IMG/VR virus record: IMGVR_UViG_3300018080_000165
Location: 1 to 64,000 of that record
Source: a virus
Strand: one strand, 5' to 3'
DNA length: 64,000 bases
Made by a program: the position numbers and the translations under genes. The notes beneath the pieces were generated by a model. It made no database searches and was not told the origin of the DNA. It worked only from the letters and a program-made list of their open reading frames with translations. Positions 42,802-51,581 of the stretch are shown here, piece after piece. Within the stretch, counting starts at the first letter, position 1; each line of letters opens with the position of its first letter.

Positions 42802-44349
42802 TCATGCGATGTACATATCCCGGTATCGAGGAATGTTCAACTTGTCTCGATACAACGGAACTGCACGCTTGATGAAATGCCGACGACACATCGGAATCTC
42901 CCAATCGACACAATGGATTATCTTCGCATCCTTCTTCTTTTCCGCTTTCCGCCTGATCCTGCCCACAACTTGCTCCAAGTCTTGCTCTCCCCCAACCGTA
43001 GTTGTGATGAAAAGCCGATTCAGCGGGGGAATTGAAGCGCCCGACTTGATTAGCTGCATCGTCGCGACAACACAGCGGAGTTTCCTTTCCCGAAGCATGT
43101 TTTCGTACTTCTCGACTTTCTTTCGACTGCCGCCGAGCATGATTGCGACGCCTTTCTTGTAGACTCTTTTAATGGCTTTGCGTAGAGCCTTGGCGTGTGC
43201 CACTCGGTGTGTGACCACAAGAACGGAATTGCTCTTGTCCGCTTTCAATTCCTCGTACACTCTCTGTGCGATGATCTCCGTTCTCTCCTCGCTCTCGGTG
43301 ACAACATCCAGGACAACTTTGTAGTCGCGTTCGCCGTCAGGAGGAACCCTGATCTTCTTCTTCACGAATCGTCCATCGATCTTTGCTTTCACGATGCGGG
43401 TTATCTTTTTCGGCAGCCGTGTTTCCAACTTCAACAATTCAGCATCGGCGATAGGCAACGAGTTCTCGGTTTCTTTTCCAAACGTTCCTTCCATGCTATA
43501 GAATGCTGTACCGAATACTCGGTACATGACTTTGTGCATCCCGTCTTTCCTCTTAGGTGTTCCGGTGATTCCGATCCGATACGCGGCAGGACTTTGGTTG
43601 ACGCATTCGAGGAAAGTTCTCGCGGGACAGACATGGCACTCATCGAACACAACACATCCGAAGTTCTTTTCCCATGTCTTCCAATGCTCTTGGCGTTTGA
43701 ACCACGTCTGCGCCATGGCGACGGTGAAATGCGGGCCTAACGTAGCTTTCGGTCCTCGAATGATCCCGATCTTTTCTTTGTACTCTTCGCCGAACGCCTT
43801 CATAAGATCGTGAATCCATGCGTTCATCACTACGCTCGTGTGAGTGAAGATGAGCGTCTTCTGTTCCAGTTGCATGGCCATGAGGATCACGCCGATAGTT
43901 TTTCCTGCAGCAACCTCCATCACATTGAGGTAAGTGCCCAACGGACGTTGCCTGTCTTCGGCCAGGATGTCTTTTCGGAATTGATCGAGAGAGACTTGTT
44001 GTTCCTTACGAGGAGAAACTTGAAGATCGGGATACGGTTCTTCGATGTCACAGAAGATTCTCTTGTCTATGACTTCTGCTCGGCCTAAAGCATCGTATGC
44101 GTCCTTACCTATAACGCCGCTTTCGAAGACGTATCCACGTGGAACGTAGATCGTCTTACCCTTCTCATCATACATCTCTATGTACTTCTCGACGTTCTTA
44201 ATAAAGGCCGGATTTATGCCGGAATACTTCACAGCTTTCTGGAAAACAGGGTTGGGTATGGTCAAATGGTCCTTGATTCCTTCTCTTACCGATCTTCTGA
44301 ATCCTGAGACACCAACTCTCCTTCCTACGACAAAGCGTAGACTTCCCAT
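42802..44349 (-). CDS. SF2 (DExH, UvsW/XPB-like) helicase
   Basis: AAGKT, FDECH, GITGTPKRKDG, EQVVGRIRR. Confidence 0.9.
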   Translation of the reverse strand: MGSLRFVVGRRVGVSGFRRSVREGIKDHLTIPNPVFQKAVKYSGINPAFIKNVEKYIEMYDEKGKTIYVPRGYVFESGVIGKDAYDALGRAEVIDKRIFCDIEEPYPDLQVSPRKEQQVSLDQFRKDILAEDRQRPLGTYLNVMEVAAGKTIGVILMAMQLEQKTLIFTHTSVVMNAWIHDLMKAFGEEYKEKIGIIRGPKATLGPHFTVAMAQTWFKRQEHWKTWEKNFGCVVFDECHVCPARTFLECVNQSPAAYRIGITGTPKRKDGMHKVMYRVFGTAFYSMEGTFGKETENSLPIADAELLKLETRLPKKITRIVKAKIDGRFVKKKIRVPPDGERDYKVVLDVVTESEERTEIIAQRVYEELKADKSNSVLVVTHRVAHAKALRKAIKRVYKKGVAIMLGGSRKKVEKYENMLRERKLRCVVATMQLIKSGASIPPLNRLFITTTVGGEQDLEQVVGRIRRKAEKKKDAKIIHCVDWEIPMCRRHFIKRAVPLYRDKLNIPRYRDMYIA

Positions 44350-44443
44350 GAGAGGATTTCCCTTCTCTTGAAGCACTCCTACGCCCAAACGGCCCGGAAA
44401 ATCGCAAGCTGTGAAAGCTGTGCGAGCTAACTGTTTTGGGGAA

Positions 44444-44472
44444 AGGCTAGGGGGTTCCACACGTTGTGTCAA
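44444..44472 (-). promoter_or_regulatory. Promoter TTGACA-N17-TAGCCT of the replication operon
   Basis: Consensus -35 and 17-nt spacer directly after the structural-operon terminator. Confidence 0.65.
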
Positions 44473-44473
44473 G

Positions 44474-44505
44474 AGAAAAATAACTCCTTGTGGAGCAAGG
44501 AGTTA
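44474..44505 (-). terminator. Terminator ending the structural operon
   Basis: taactccttg-tggag-caaggagtta 10-bp stem followed by TTTTTCT. Confidence 0.7.
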
Positions 44506-44537
44506 AGGGGACAATCCAGGGGAAGCGCGAGCGTGGA

Positions 44538-45557
44538 TCAGACAGGATCGTACTTGAAGCCAAGACGGAGCGGAAGGGCCGCGATGTTGATAGCGCCCTT
44601 CGGAACGTTCCTCTTCAGCCACACGGAAAGAACCTCTCCTGCCGCAAGAGTGAAGGCTGTCTGGTAGTGCGGCGGATCGGACGTGGGGGGCGCAAAGAAG
44701 TTGATCCCTGAAGGAGCCACACTGTCTTGAACGATGACCGGCTCCCCTGTGGTTGAATTATACATTCCAATCGACATGTCAATTGGCGAAACAAGTTCGA
44801 TGGTATCGCCTTCGTTTCCTTCGGCTGGAGAAGACATCCGCTGTCCTCTTGCAGCGGCAGAAACAACAAGTGTTCGCCCGTCCGTCCCTCCACGGCTGTT
44901 GTAGTACATGATTTCCTGTGTGCGTGTATTGCGGATGTAGTAGCTCGAAGGAAAGTTCCTGGCGTCGTCGATCTCGATCTGCACATCTCCGCTCTGAGGA
45001 TAGTATCCTTGACAACGAACTCTTGTTGGAAGACCGGGAACTTCGATGACAGGAACAACATTCTTGTAGCTCACAGCCCCCGTGTTCTTCAGGAAAAGAC
45101 ATGCGTAGTTCGGAGTGCCCTTCATCGCTTCATCCAAAGAAACGTCGTCAAAGAGAACGTTCTTGACAGCATCGATGACGGCGTTTTCTTCCGTGTCTGC
45201 GATAGGAAGATCGACAGCCACGACACTGACTTCGATCCAAGCGTTTTCCGTGCTGCTTTCGAGTTCGAAAGTCCCCCCGGCACCCACGGCCACGGATGTT
45301 CCGGCTGTCTTGTCTCTCGGTGCCTGCCAAGCAAGCGTCTGTCCTGAGTTCTTGAAGACAAACTTTCCCACGCCACTGAGGTTCTTTCCGCCTATCTTCG
45401 TGATAGTGACGGCACTCAGGACGAGCATAGGACGCGCGATGAGGCTGGAAACAAGATCGGCACTTATCCTGCCGCCCAAACCATCGTGTCCGGCTTCGTC
45501 ATCCGCCGCAGCGGCGGACTTGCTGTGGAAAAGTTCAATGTCTGAATTGTGCGCCAT
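44538..45557 (-). CDS. Putative tail-associated structural protein
   Basis: LGGRIS...NVLFDDVS..E...G...Y.C.F.KN...LAAGE...WLKRNVP pattern; end of the tail operon. Confidence 0.55.
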   Translation of the reverse strand: MAHNSDIELFHSKSAAAADDEAGHDGLGGRISADLVSSLIARPMLVLSAVTITKIGGKNLSGVGKFVFKNSGQTLAWQAPRDKTAGTSVAVGAGGTFELESSTENAWIEVSVVAVDLPIADTEENAVIDAVKNVLFDDVSLDEAMKGTPNYACLFLKNTGAVSYKNVVPVIEVPGLPTRVRCQGYYPQSGDVQIEIDDARNFPSSYYIRNTRTQEIMYYNSRGGTDGRTLVVSAAARGQRMSSPAEGNEGDTIELVSPIDMSIGMYNSTTGEPVIVQDSVAPSGINFFAPPTSDPPHYQTAFTLAAGEVLSVWLKRNVPKGAINIAALPLRLGFKYDPV

Positions 45558-45560
45558 CGT

Positions 45561-45860
45561 TTAACCTCCCTGGAACACTTTGTTCACACGACTCTGATTG
45601 TCTTGAGTCGCGACAGCCGCATTCCTGAAGAAGTTCTCGAATTCATCGAGAACCTCCATGAACTCTTGATACTTTTCTTTCGTGATCTCGGGAGACACAT
45701 CGGGAACAGGCGTTGTGGGCGTAGCAAGCGCGGCGACTTCAGCCTGTACGCCTGTTGAAACATAGGCTTCCCGAACGTCGCTCACCAAGTTATTCGCCGA
45801 GCGAAGATACTTCGCTACTGACTTCGCTCTTGTCAGCACGTTTTGTGCTTCCACGCTCAT
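45561..45860 (-). CDS. Hypothetical protein
   Basis: GAGGAGG RBS. Confidence 0.6.
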   Translation of the reverse strand: MSVEAQNVLTRAKSVAKYLRSANNLVSDVREAYVSTGVQAEVAALATPTTPVPDVSPEITKEKYQEFMEVLDEFENFFRNAAVATQDNQSRVNKVFQGG

Positions 45861-46188
45861 CAGTTTCTACCTCCTCTTCCCTCGTTACTTTGATCCCTGA
45901 ACGTTCCAAAGCGGCAATCATCTTAGCCGCTTCTTCAGGACTGTCAAACTCAATTTCTTCCGCTCTTTCCCCTCGCTTCTCTCCCTTGGAATCCCTCAAG
46001 GCTTTGATGAAGGGTTCCAGGTCTTTCTCGGCCACATTCGACGCCAGCCGAAACACTTTCGCTTTCTCGTCATACGCCAAAAAGACGAACTGCCGCACCC
46101 CGCTCGCCATCAATTTCAACTCGTCCGACATGTTTGCTTTCATGTAGAACGCATAGCGAGCCTTGTTTGGATCAACCATGTCCGCCAC
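45790..46188 (-). CDS. Hypothetical protein
   Basis: ORF in the tail operon. Confidence 0.5.
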   Translation of the reverse strand: MADMVDPNKARYAFYMKANMSDELKLMASGVRQFVFLAYDEKAKVFRLASNVAEKDLEPFIKALRDSKGEKRGERAEEIEFDSPEEAAKMIAALERSGIKVTREEEVETDERGSTKRADKSEVSSEVSSLGE

Positions 46189-46630
46189 AGCATCCGCTCC
46201 TTACGTTCGTGTTGATGGCAATGGACGGGGGTTTCTTGCCCGCGTCCCGGTACATGACAGTCAAGTTCATGTGCGCCTTGGCGATCTCGTCTTCTATGCT
46301 TTTTCCTTTCAAGTCAATGGTGATCGTGTGATCCCTGTTGTTCCCGAAACAGAACTTCGCAAACCAACCTTCCGTTTGGATGAGAACAAGATTGTACATT
46401 GCCGCCGTTTCCTGAATCCTTTGCGGCAACGGCGGTTCTTTGTAGATGTGCTGCTTGAACGCCTCTCTCACAACGTCCAAGTTCTCAAGAACGAGATAAA
46501 CGCTTCCATCTCCCTGCATGATGGCTGTCTTTGCAGGACAGTTCTTGAAGTTCACAGCATGAACGTTTATCACGCTCACAGGAACTTCTATGGGCGTTTC
46601 ATCCGGTGAAGTCATCGTGATCGTGTCCAT
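46172..46630 (-). CDS. Hypothetical protein ending GCCGGHG
   Basis: GAGG RBS. Confidence 0.55.
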   Translation of the reverse strand: MDTITMTSPDETPIEVPVSVINVHAVNFKNCPAKTAIMQGDGSVYLVLENLDVVREAFKQHIYKEPPLPQRIQETAAMYNLVLIQTEGWFAKFCFGNNRDHTITIDLKGKSIEDEIAKAHMNLTVMYRDAGKKPPSIAINTNVRSGCCGGHG

Positions 46631-46640
46631 GGCAGTATCC

Positions 46641-47060
46641 TCACCACTTTCCCAACGGGCAGTGTTCGTTCTTCGCTTTCCACTTCACAGTCAAAAAACA
46701 TCCGCATCCTTCTTCGGTTTCGTTTCTAGGTTCCGTGTCCAGGTACTTCGGTTGTCCGCACACGGGAGCGCCTTGCCAAGCCATCCTGAAGAGTCTCTTT
46801 CCTTCAGGATTCAATGCCGTACACGCTTCACAAATAGCCTGTCTTTCGTTAAACTCCTCTCTTTCGACCTTCGGACCGACCACAGCCTTAGAAAGCTGAT
46901 ACGCTGCCTTCACCATGTCTTTAGCTTTCTCGATGGCCGTATAGTCATGCCCTTCGGAAGCCATTTGATCGACAATCCTTTGATGCCGAGTCTCGGCGGT
47001 TTCTTCTTCTCGGGGAGCGTCTTCCGTTGCCCCGCTGTCACCCACATACTCTTCCGGCAT
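46641..47060 (-). CDS. Cys-rich protein (R..ICxxC...CGC...K...CPLGKW; DUF6171-like)
   Basis: Motif recognised by eye. Confidence 0.6.
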   Translation of the reverse strand: MPEEYVGDSGATEDAPREEETAETRHQRIVDQMASEGHDYTAIEKAKDMVKAAYQLSKAVVGPKVEREEFNERQAICEACTALNPEGKRLFRMAWQGAPVCGQPKYLDTEPRNETEEGCGCFLTVKWKAKNEHCPLGKW

Positions 47061-47069
47061 CGTCTTCTC

Positions 47070-48110
47070 CTACGGACAAGTGTTGCACGTAATGCAGGGC
47101 GGCAACTGAGCCGCGCAGAAGCCTGGATTCGCGAAGTCAACACAACACGCTGCCATTTCCACAGTGAATCCGTAGCTCCCGCAACAAGGAAGACAGTTGA
47201 AGTCATCAACCCAAAATGCGATGTCCGTTGTCACGATGTTCCCAAAAGGCTGACAAAGACACTGAAAATACTTTGCCCCTCCCGGTCCTCCACCGATCAA
47301 GTTTCCACACGGAGTACATCCGCCTGAAACCAAAGTTGTGCACAGTTTTGTAGGGCACACGCCGAAGATGTTTGTAAAACGGATCAGCGTCATTATACAT
47401 CTCGATGGAACAGTGTTGTTGACACTGGAAATCCTGAGAAGATGTGTAGCGTCTGGAGGACCGCCCGGCCTTCGGCCCGTGCAGACATTCATGGAAACGC
47501 CGCTGACAGGCACATATGCTGGAACAAAGCAGTTCGCGCTCCACCCTGGGGCGGCTTGTGACCAAACAGGCATGAGAAACGTGTGTGCTCCTGGAGCGCA
47601 AGGCACAGGCACATCTCCCGTGCAGCAAAGGTTCAACTCGATTCCCACATCTACATTCAGTTCACAGCAAGAGCAAAGTTCGTCTGCCGTGTTTTTCAAC
47701 GTAACGGAAATCGTCTTTGTTTCCCCGGCGTTGATCCAACAACGGGAAGCAAGCGATTCGATGAACTCGGTTGAAGAGGGACAGAGAAGACATCCTTCTC
47801 TGTAACTGTTGATTGTAACCGCTCCTCTCACAGCGATGGCACAGGTAGTGTTATTGAACACGTCCACTGTGTAAGTAAGTGTGAATCCGTCTATAGCTAT
47901 ACACTGGCCGTAAGGACGGATGAAACAGATTGTCTTGTTTGTCCATCCGGTAGCGTAGAGTTTCAACGGCGGTGGTGTTGCACAATCCGAAGGGCCAACA
48001 GTTATTGTTCCGATGCTTCCCAAGTCAAGGGAATCCTGTGCGCATCCGATGGCAATGTCGGAATTGTCACAACAACAATCAGGATGTGGAGACATTGCCG
48101 GAACAGCCAT
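47070..48110 (-). CDS. Very Cys-rich putative tail-tip/fibre protein
   Basis: ~35 Cys in 346 aa, N-terminal DCCCD; position after the hub gene. Confidence 0.55.
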   Translation of the reverse strand: MAVPAMSPHPDCCCDNSDIAIGCAQDSLDLGSIGTITVGPSDCATPPPLKLYATGWTNKTICFIRPYGQCIAIDGFTLTYTVDVFNNTTCAIAVRGAVTINSYREGCLLCPSSTEFIESLASRCWINAGETKTISVTLKNTADELCSCCELNVDVGIELNLCCTGDVPVPCAPGAHTFLMPVWSQAAPGWSANCFVPAYVPVSGVSMNVCTGRRPGGPPDATHLLRISSVNNTVPSRCIMTLIRFTNIFGVCPTKLCTTLVSGGCTPCGNLIGGGPGGAKYFQCLCQPFGNIVTTDIAFWVDDFNCLPCCGSYGFTVEMAACCVDFANPGFCAAQLPPCITCNTCP

Positions 48111-48119
48111 CGTGATCCT

Positions 48120-49277
48120 CTACGGACAGTTGCCAACGTCAGTGTAGCTTCCCGGAGTTCCTGGGTTCACCACTTCAATCGTGATGAATCTCTTTTTCAA
48201 CACACACGTACTTGTATCAAAACAGATGTCATGTAGAACCTGAACAGACGTGTGCGTAAGCCCGCCGCCCTCTTCGATGCAGCCGTAGGTAACTGTGATC
48301 GTTTTTCCACACTGACAGTCGCCTTTGGACGCCACAGTTATTCCCGTGACAACTTCTGTTTCACTCCCGGAACAAGAACCTGGAGGAGATGTAGGAGTCC
48401 AGTCGTCTTCAGGAATCACGATCTCTTTCGTATTGTACGTCAATTTCCACTGCGTTGAAGTTGGAGACGGTGTACAAGAAAAAGTCATTCCGGTAACTAC
48501 ATGAAGTTCTTCGCAACAGTCAAGAGTTCCTTCGTAGTTCTCTTCTGTCGAAGGAAGCAACAGCCGATAAGTTTCAACGCCTTTCACGTGCCCGCTACAA
48601 TCGATTTCAATGACTTTGGGAAAGATGAGATTATCGCAATCGATCCCTCCAGGCATTGCGTTTCCTTTGTCTGCCTGTGGACATCCTACGTTTACACATC
48701 CCCCCGGAGCTATGCCTGCCGCGAAAGCGTTCCAAGGATGAAGAATAGTCAAAGTGGGATCGCATCTCGTCGGATTCCAATTTACGGCGTTTACAGCGTT
48801 CCCTTGTCGGTCGTTTACACGAAAGCCGTCATTCTGTCTGAGAAGTTGTGTTGTATTTATGGTTTTGAGTTGTACGTCTCCAACGTGCCTGTCGTTTCCC
48901 CCGGCACCATCGCAAGGCTCGAACATCTTGATAGAGCCAACGCCTTGATGTTGATGATTGAACGGGGCTTTCGCCTTTGCCATTCCAGGATCGTTTTCGC
49001 ACGTGACAGGTTTGATCTGATTACCTAACCCTCCGACACCATCTTTGCCCGGTTCAGAAGGCTCTTCCGCGTCTTCTACTTCTTCGTCCGTGACTCCGCT
49101 CACTGAAGACGAAAGAGCATTGAGTTGAGCCTGGACTTTTCTGAACTCGTTTTCGAGCCATCCAATACGAGCATCCTTTTCCACCAGTTCTTTCTGGAGG
49201 AAGAGAAGTCTTTTTGCTACTTCGGTTTCCCAAGCCATTGTTTCACCGTTGTAAGTTGGTAAGCGGCCTGTCGCCAA
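48120..49277 (-). CDS. Putative tail fibre/spike (N-terminal coiled coil, Cys-rich VVTG repeats)
   Basis: Coiled coil followed by VVTG beta repeats. Confidence 0.55.
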   Translation of the reverse strand: MATGRLPTYNGETMAWETEVAKRLLFLQKELVEKDARIGWLENEFRKVQAQLNALSSSVSGVTDEEVEDAEEPSEPGKDGVGGLGNQIKPVTCENDPGMAKAKAPFNHQHQGVGSIKMFEPCDGAGGNDRHVGDVQLKTINTTQLLRQNDGFRVNDRQGNAVNAVNWNPTRCDPTLTILHPWNAFAAGIAPGGCVNVGCPQADKGNAMPGGIDCDNLIFPKVIEIDCSGHVKGVETYRLLLPSTEENYEGTLDCCEELHVVTGMTFSCTPSPTSTQWKLTYNTKEIVIPEDDWTPTSPPGSCSGSETEVVTGITVASKGDCQCGKTITVTYGCIEEGGGLTHTSVQVLHDICFDTSTCVLKKRFITIEVVNPGTPGSYTDVGNCP

Positions 49278-51039
49278 AGATGAACGGACTGTTGGCGACT
49301 CTTAGGACGAGCGATTGCTTCGCCCTGTTGAACGACATCCCCATTACACGAAGGTCCATCGTTTCCCACGTCAAGTCTGTGCCTGCCGGTCCAGCATCGG
49401 GAACCACCCCTTTACCATCTGGGTAAGGATCGACTCCGAAAGTCTCGGTAGGATCGTACATGACATTGATCGAATCGCCAAGTTCGATTCCGAGATAGTC
49501 GATATAGGGTATGATGTCGGGTCTGGTGTAGCTTTCGTCTCCCGTTCCCGTATGCCGGGGATGGAGATGAATTTGAATTTCGCCGGACACTTTAGGACGC
49601 CCGATCTGTTCCATGAGTTGATCGGCGAAGTCTATCAGGAAAGCCTCATCGTCTCTGACTACGCCTCCGCTCTGATCGAGAATCTTCACCCAATCGATGT
49701 TGTATCGCTGATAGACTCTTCCGTTCGGACATCCTCCGGTCTTCACCACAACAAGTTCGCCAAGGTCTTCCCAAAGGTTCGCGAACAAATCCCACACCAA
49801 GATTTTCGGATCGGTGGGATACTCGTCAACATGTTCGCTACCTTCAGGCGACCAAAAAGGAAGCATGGACATGAGGCGCTTGGGACAGAAGGAAACTACG
49901 TACTCACCACAAGAATTCTTGTCTGCTGGTGGTGTGATCGTAGCAACCTCTACAAGTTCGAAGTCAGCCCATTCCCAAGGCGTCTCTTGCTTTTCGCAAT
50001 GAGGATCGACGCCTTCTGGAATCTCGCCCCCCGGATAGTCTTCAGCCTCTTTGCAACGTCCGAGATTTCTCTTTGGGATGTTCGCCATGACGACAATCTG
50101 ATTGTCTCCCACAACGGAAAACTTCCCGTCCTCTTCCTTGAAAGAGAACGCGGCAGGTCTTATGTCGTTCGGAAAGAGATAGCGACAAGCGAACGGCGGA
50201 CATCCCGAAATCTCTTCCGGGAAATAAGGCTCAACAAGATTGAAGCACGCCGGTTTGTGTTCTGCTTCTATGCACTGACTAAACCATCCCGGCAAGAGTT
50301 GGACATCCGGCCTGTAGCGGAATCGGCCAAGACCTTCAAGCCGAATCTTCTCGTAGCAGTCTGACTTGTCGATCCGAAGATTCAACTTGACGAGGTTGTC
50401 CCATTTTGGCGTCCGAAGATGCCATTGGCCGACCAACTTGCTAAGGCGAATCTCTTTCTGTTTGACGACAGTCAAATCGATGAACTTCGCCTTGTCATTC
50501 AACGAGTCGTAGTACCAGCGCCAAGCAGGACCAAACTTGAGGATTTGCGTCAGCATCTCTCCGATGCTGCGCCCCTCGACTTGAATGTTCTTTTCGATCA
50601 GCACGGAACTAGGAACGGGATCAACGAACGTCGTTCCTGTAAGGATGCTGCTCGCGTTCACGATTGCATTCAATGCGTCTTCAAGATTTTCTTCTCCGGT
50701 GTAGCGTTCGTCATTGAAAGCAAAGCGTGCCGTCGTTTCCGATGAAGAATCGGGGTACTCACGGTCACGAAGAAAAGGTTCCCTGGAAACGTCATCGAAT
50801 CCGTCCGTCAATTCGTAACGCTGGAAGTCTTCGTTAGGAGAAATCTGTTCTTCCAATGTACGCAGCCGACCTTTCAGCCGAACGGTTCCGTTGATCGTGT
50901 ACGTCCAGACCAAATCCATGTCAAGAGGAGTGTCATCCGATCTCTTCTCAACAAGAGTGAACGACAAACGCCATGCGCTTTCAAACTGCATCTCAAGTTG
51001 ATCCTCTCTAAATCCCGTAAGGGTTGTGACTTCAGGCAT
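49243..51039 (-). CDS. Putative baseplate hub/tail-tip protein
   Basis: Second gene after the tape measure; size and beta-rich pattern. Confidence 0.55.
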   Translation of the reverse strand: MPEVTTLTGFREDQLEMQFESAWRLSFTLVEKRSDDTPLDMDLVWTYTINGTVRLKGRLRTLEEQISPNEDFQRYELTDGFDDVSREPFLRDREYPDSSSETTARFAFNDERYTGEENLEDALNAIVNASSILTGTTFVDPVPSSVLIEKNIQVEGRSIGEMLTQILKFGPAWRWYYDSLNDKAKFIDLTVVKQKEIRLSKLVGQWHLRTPKWDNLVKLNLRIDKSDCYEKIRLEGLGRFRYRPDVQLLPGWFSQCIEAEHKPACFNLVEPYFPEEISGCPPFACRYLFPNDIRPAAFSFKEEDGKFSVVGDNQIVVMANIPKRNLGRCKEAEDYPGGEIPEGVDPHCEKQETPWEWADFELVEVATITPPADKNSCGEYVVSFCPKRLMSMLPFWSPEGSEHVDEYPTDPKILVWDLFANLWEDLGELVVVKTGGCPNGRVYQRYNIDWVKILDQSGGVVRDDEAFLIDFADQLMEQIGRPKVSGEIQIHLHPRHTGTGDESYTRPDIIPYIDYLGIELGDSINVMYDPTETFGVDPYPDGKGVVPDAGPAGTDLTWETMDLRVMGMSFNRAKQSLVLRVANSPFIFGDRPLTNLQR

Positions 51040-51040
51040 C

Positions 51041-51571
51041 TTATGGTCCCACCAAAGGTTCTTCCGAAGTCTCGAAAAGCAAGCTGTACTCCACGAAGTT
51101 CTTCGACCCATCGTAAGCGTGACTCATCTTCCGATAGTAACTGTTCACATATCTTCGATAGACTGTGGTGTAGTCGTCCTCATAGACACGCAAAATTCCA
51201 GCATACGGCCCGATGGCGTTCGGAGCGGCACGGATGAAGTCTTCCACTTCCTGAATGTTCCGCCCATGATAGTACAGTTTGTCGAGAACAAGCGCATACT
51301 TGCTTGTGGTTCCCAGCAACAACGGTGCTGGAGTCGAACGAGCCAATCCCTGCCAGTTCAATCCGAAGTCACGAGTAGGATTGGGATTCAAAAAGCCGCC
51401 AATCCCCAAACCAAGTGTTCCACTGGCGGCTGGCGTCGTTTGATCGGACACAAGAGTATAGTATACTCCTATGTCTTTCAATCCTTGGCTCGGTCCTTGT
51501 GTCCTCTCGAAGGTGAATCGAGAGGCGATCTCGCAGCCTATTTCCAGGACCATTGGCTCAATCACGGGCAT
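51041..51571 (-). CDS. Putative distal tail protein
   Basis: Directly downstream of the tape measure. Confidence 0.5.
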   Translation of the reverse strand: MPVIEPMVLEIGCEIASRFTFERTQGPSQGLKDIGVYYTLVSDQTTPAASGTLGLGIGGFLNPNPTRDFGLNWQGLARSTPAPLLLGTTSKYALVLDKLYYHGRNIQEVEDFIRAAPNAIGPYAGILRVYEDDYTTVYRRYVNSYYRKMSHAYDGSKNFVEYSLLFETSEEPLVGP

Positions 51572-51581
51572 TACTTTTCTC

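Noticed and set aside
44538-51039. Diversity-generating retroelement or invertible tail cassette
   Set aside because: No reverse transcriptase, invertase or template/variable repeat pair noticed
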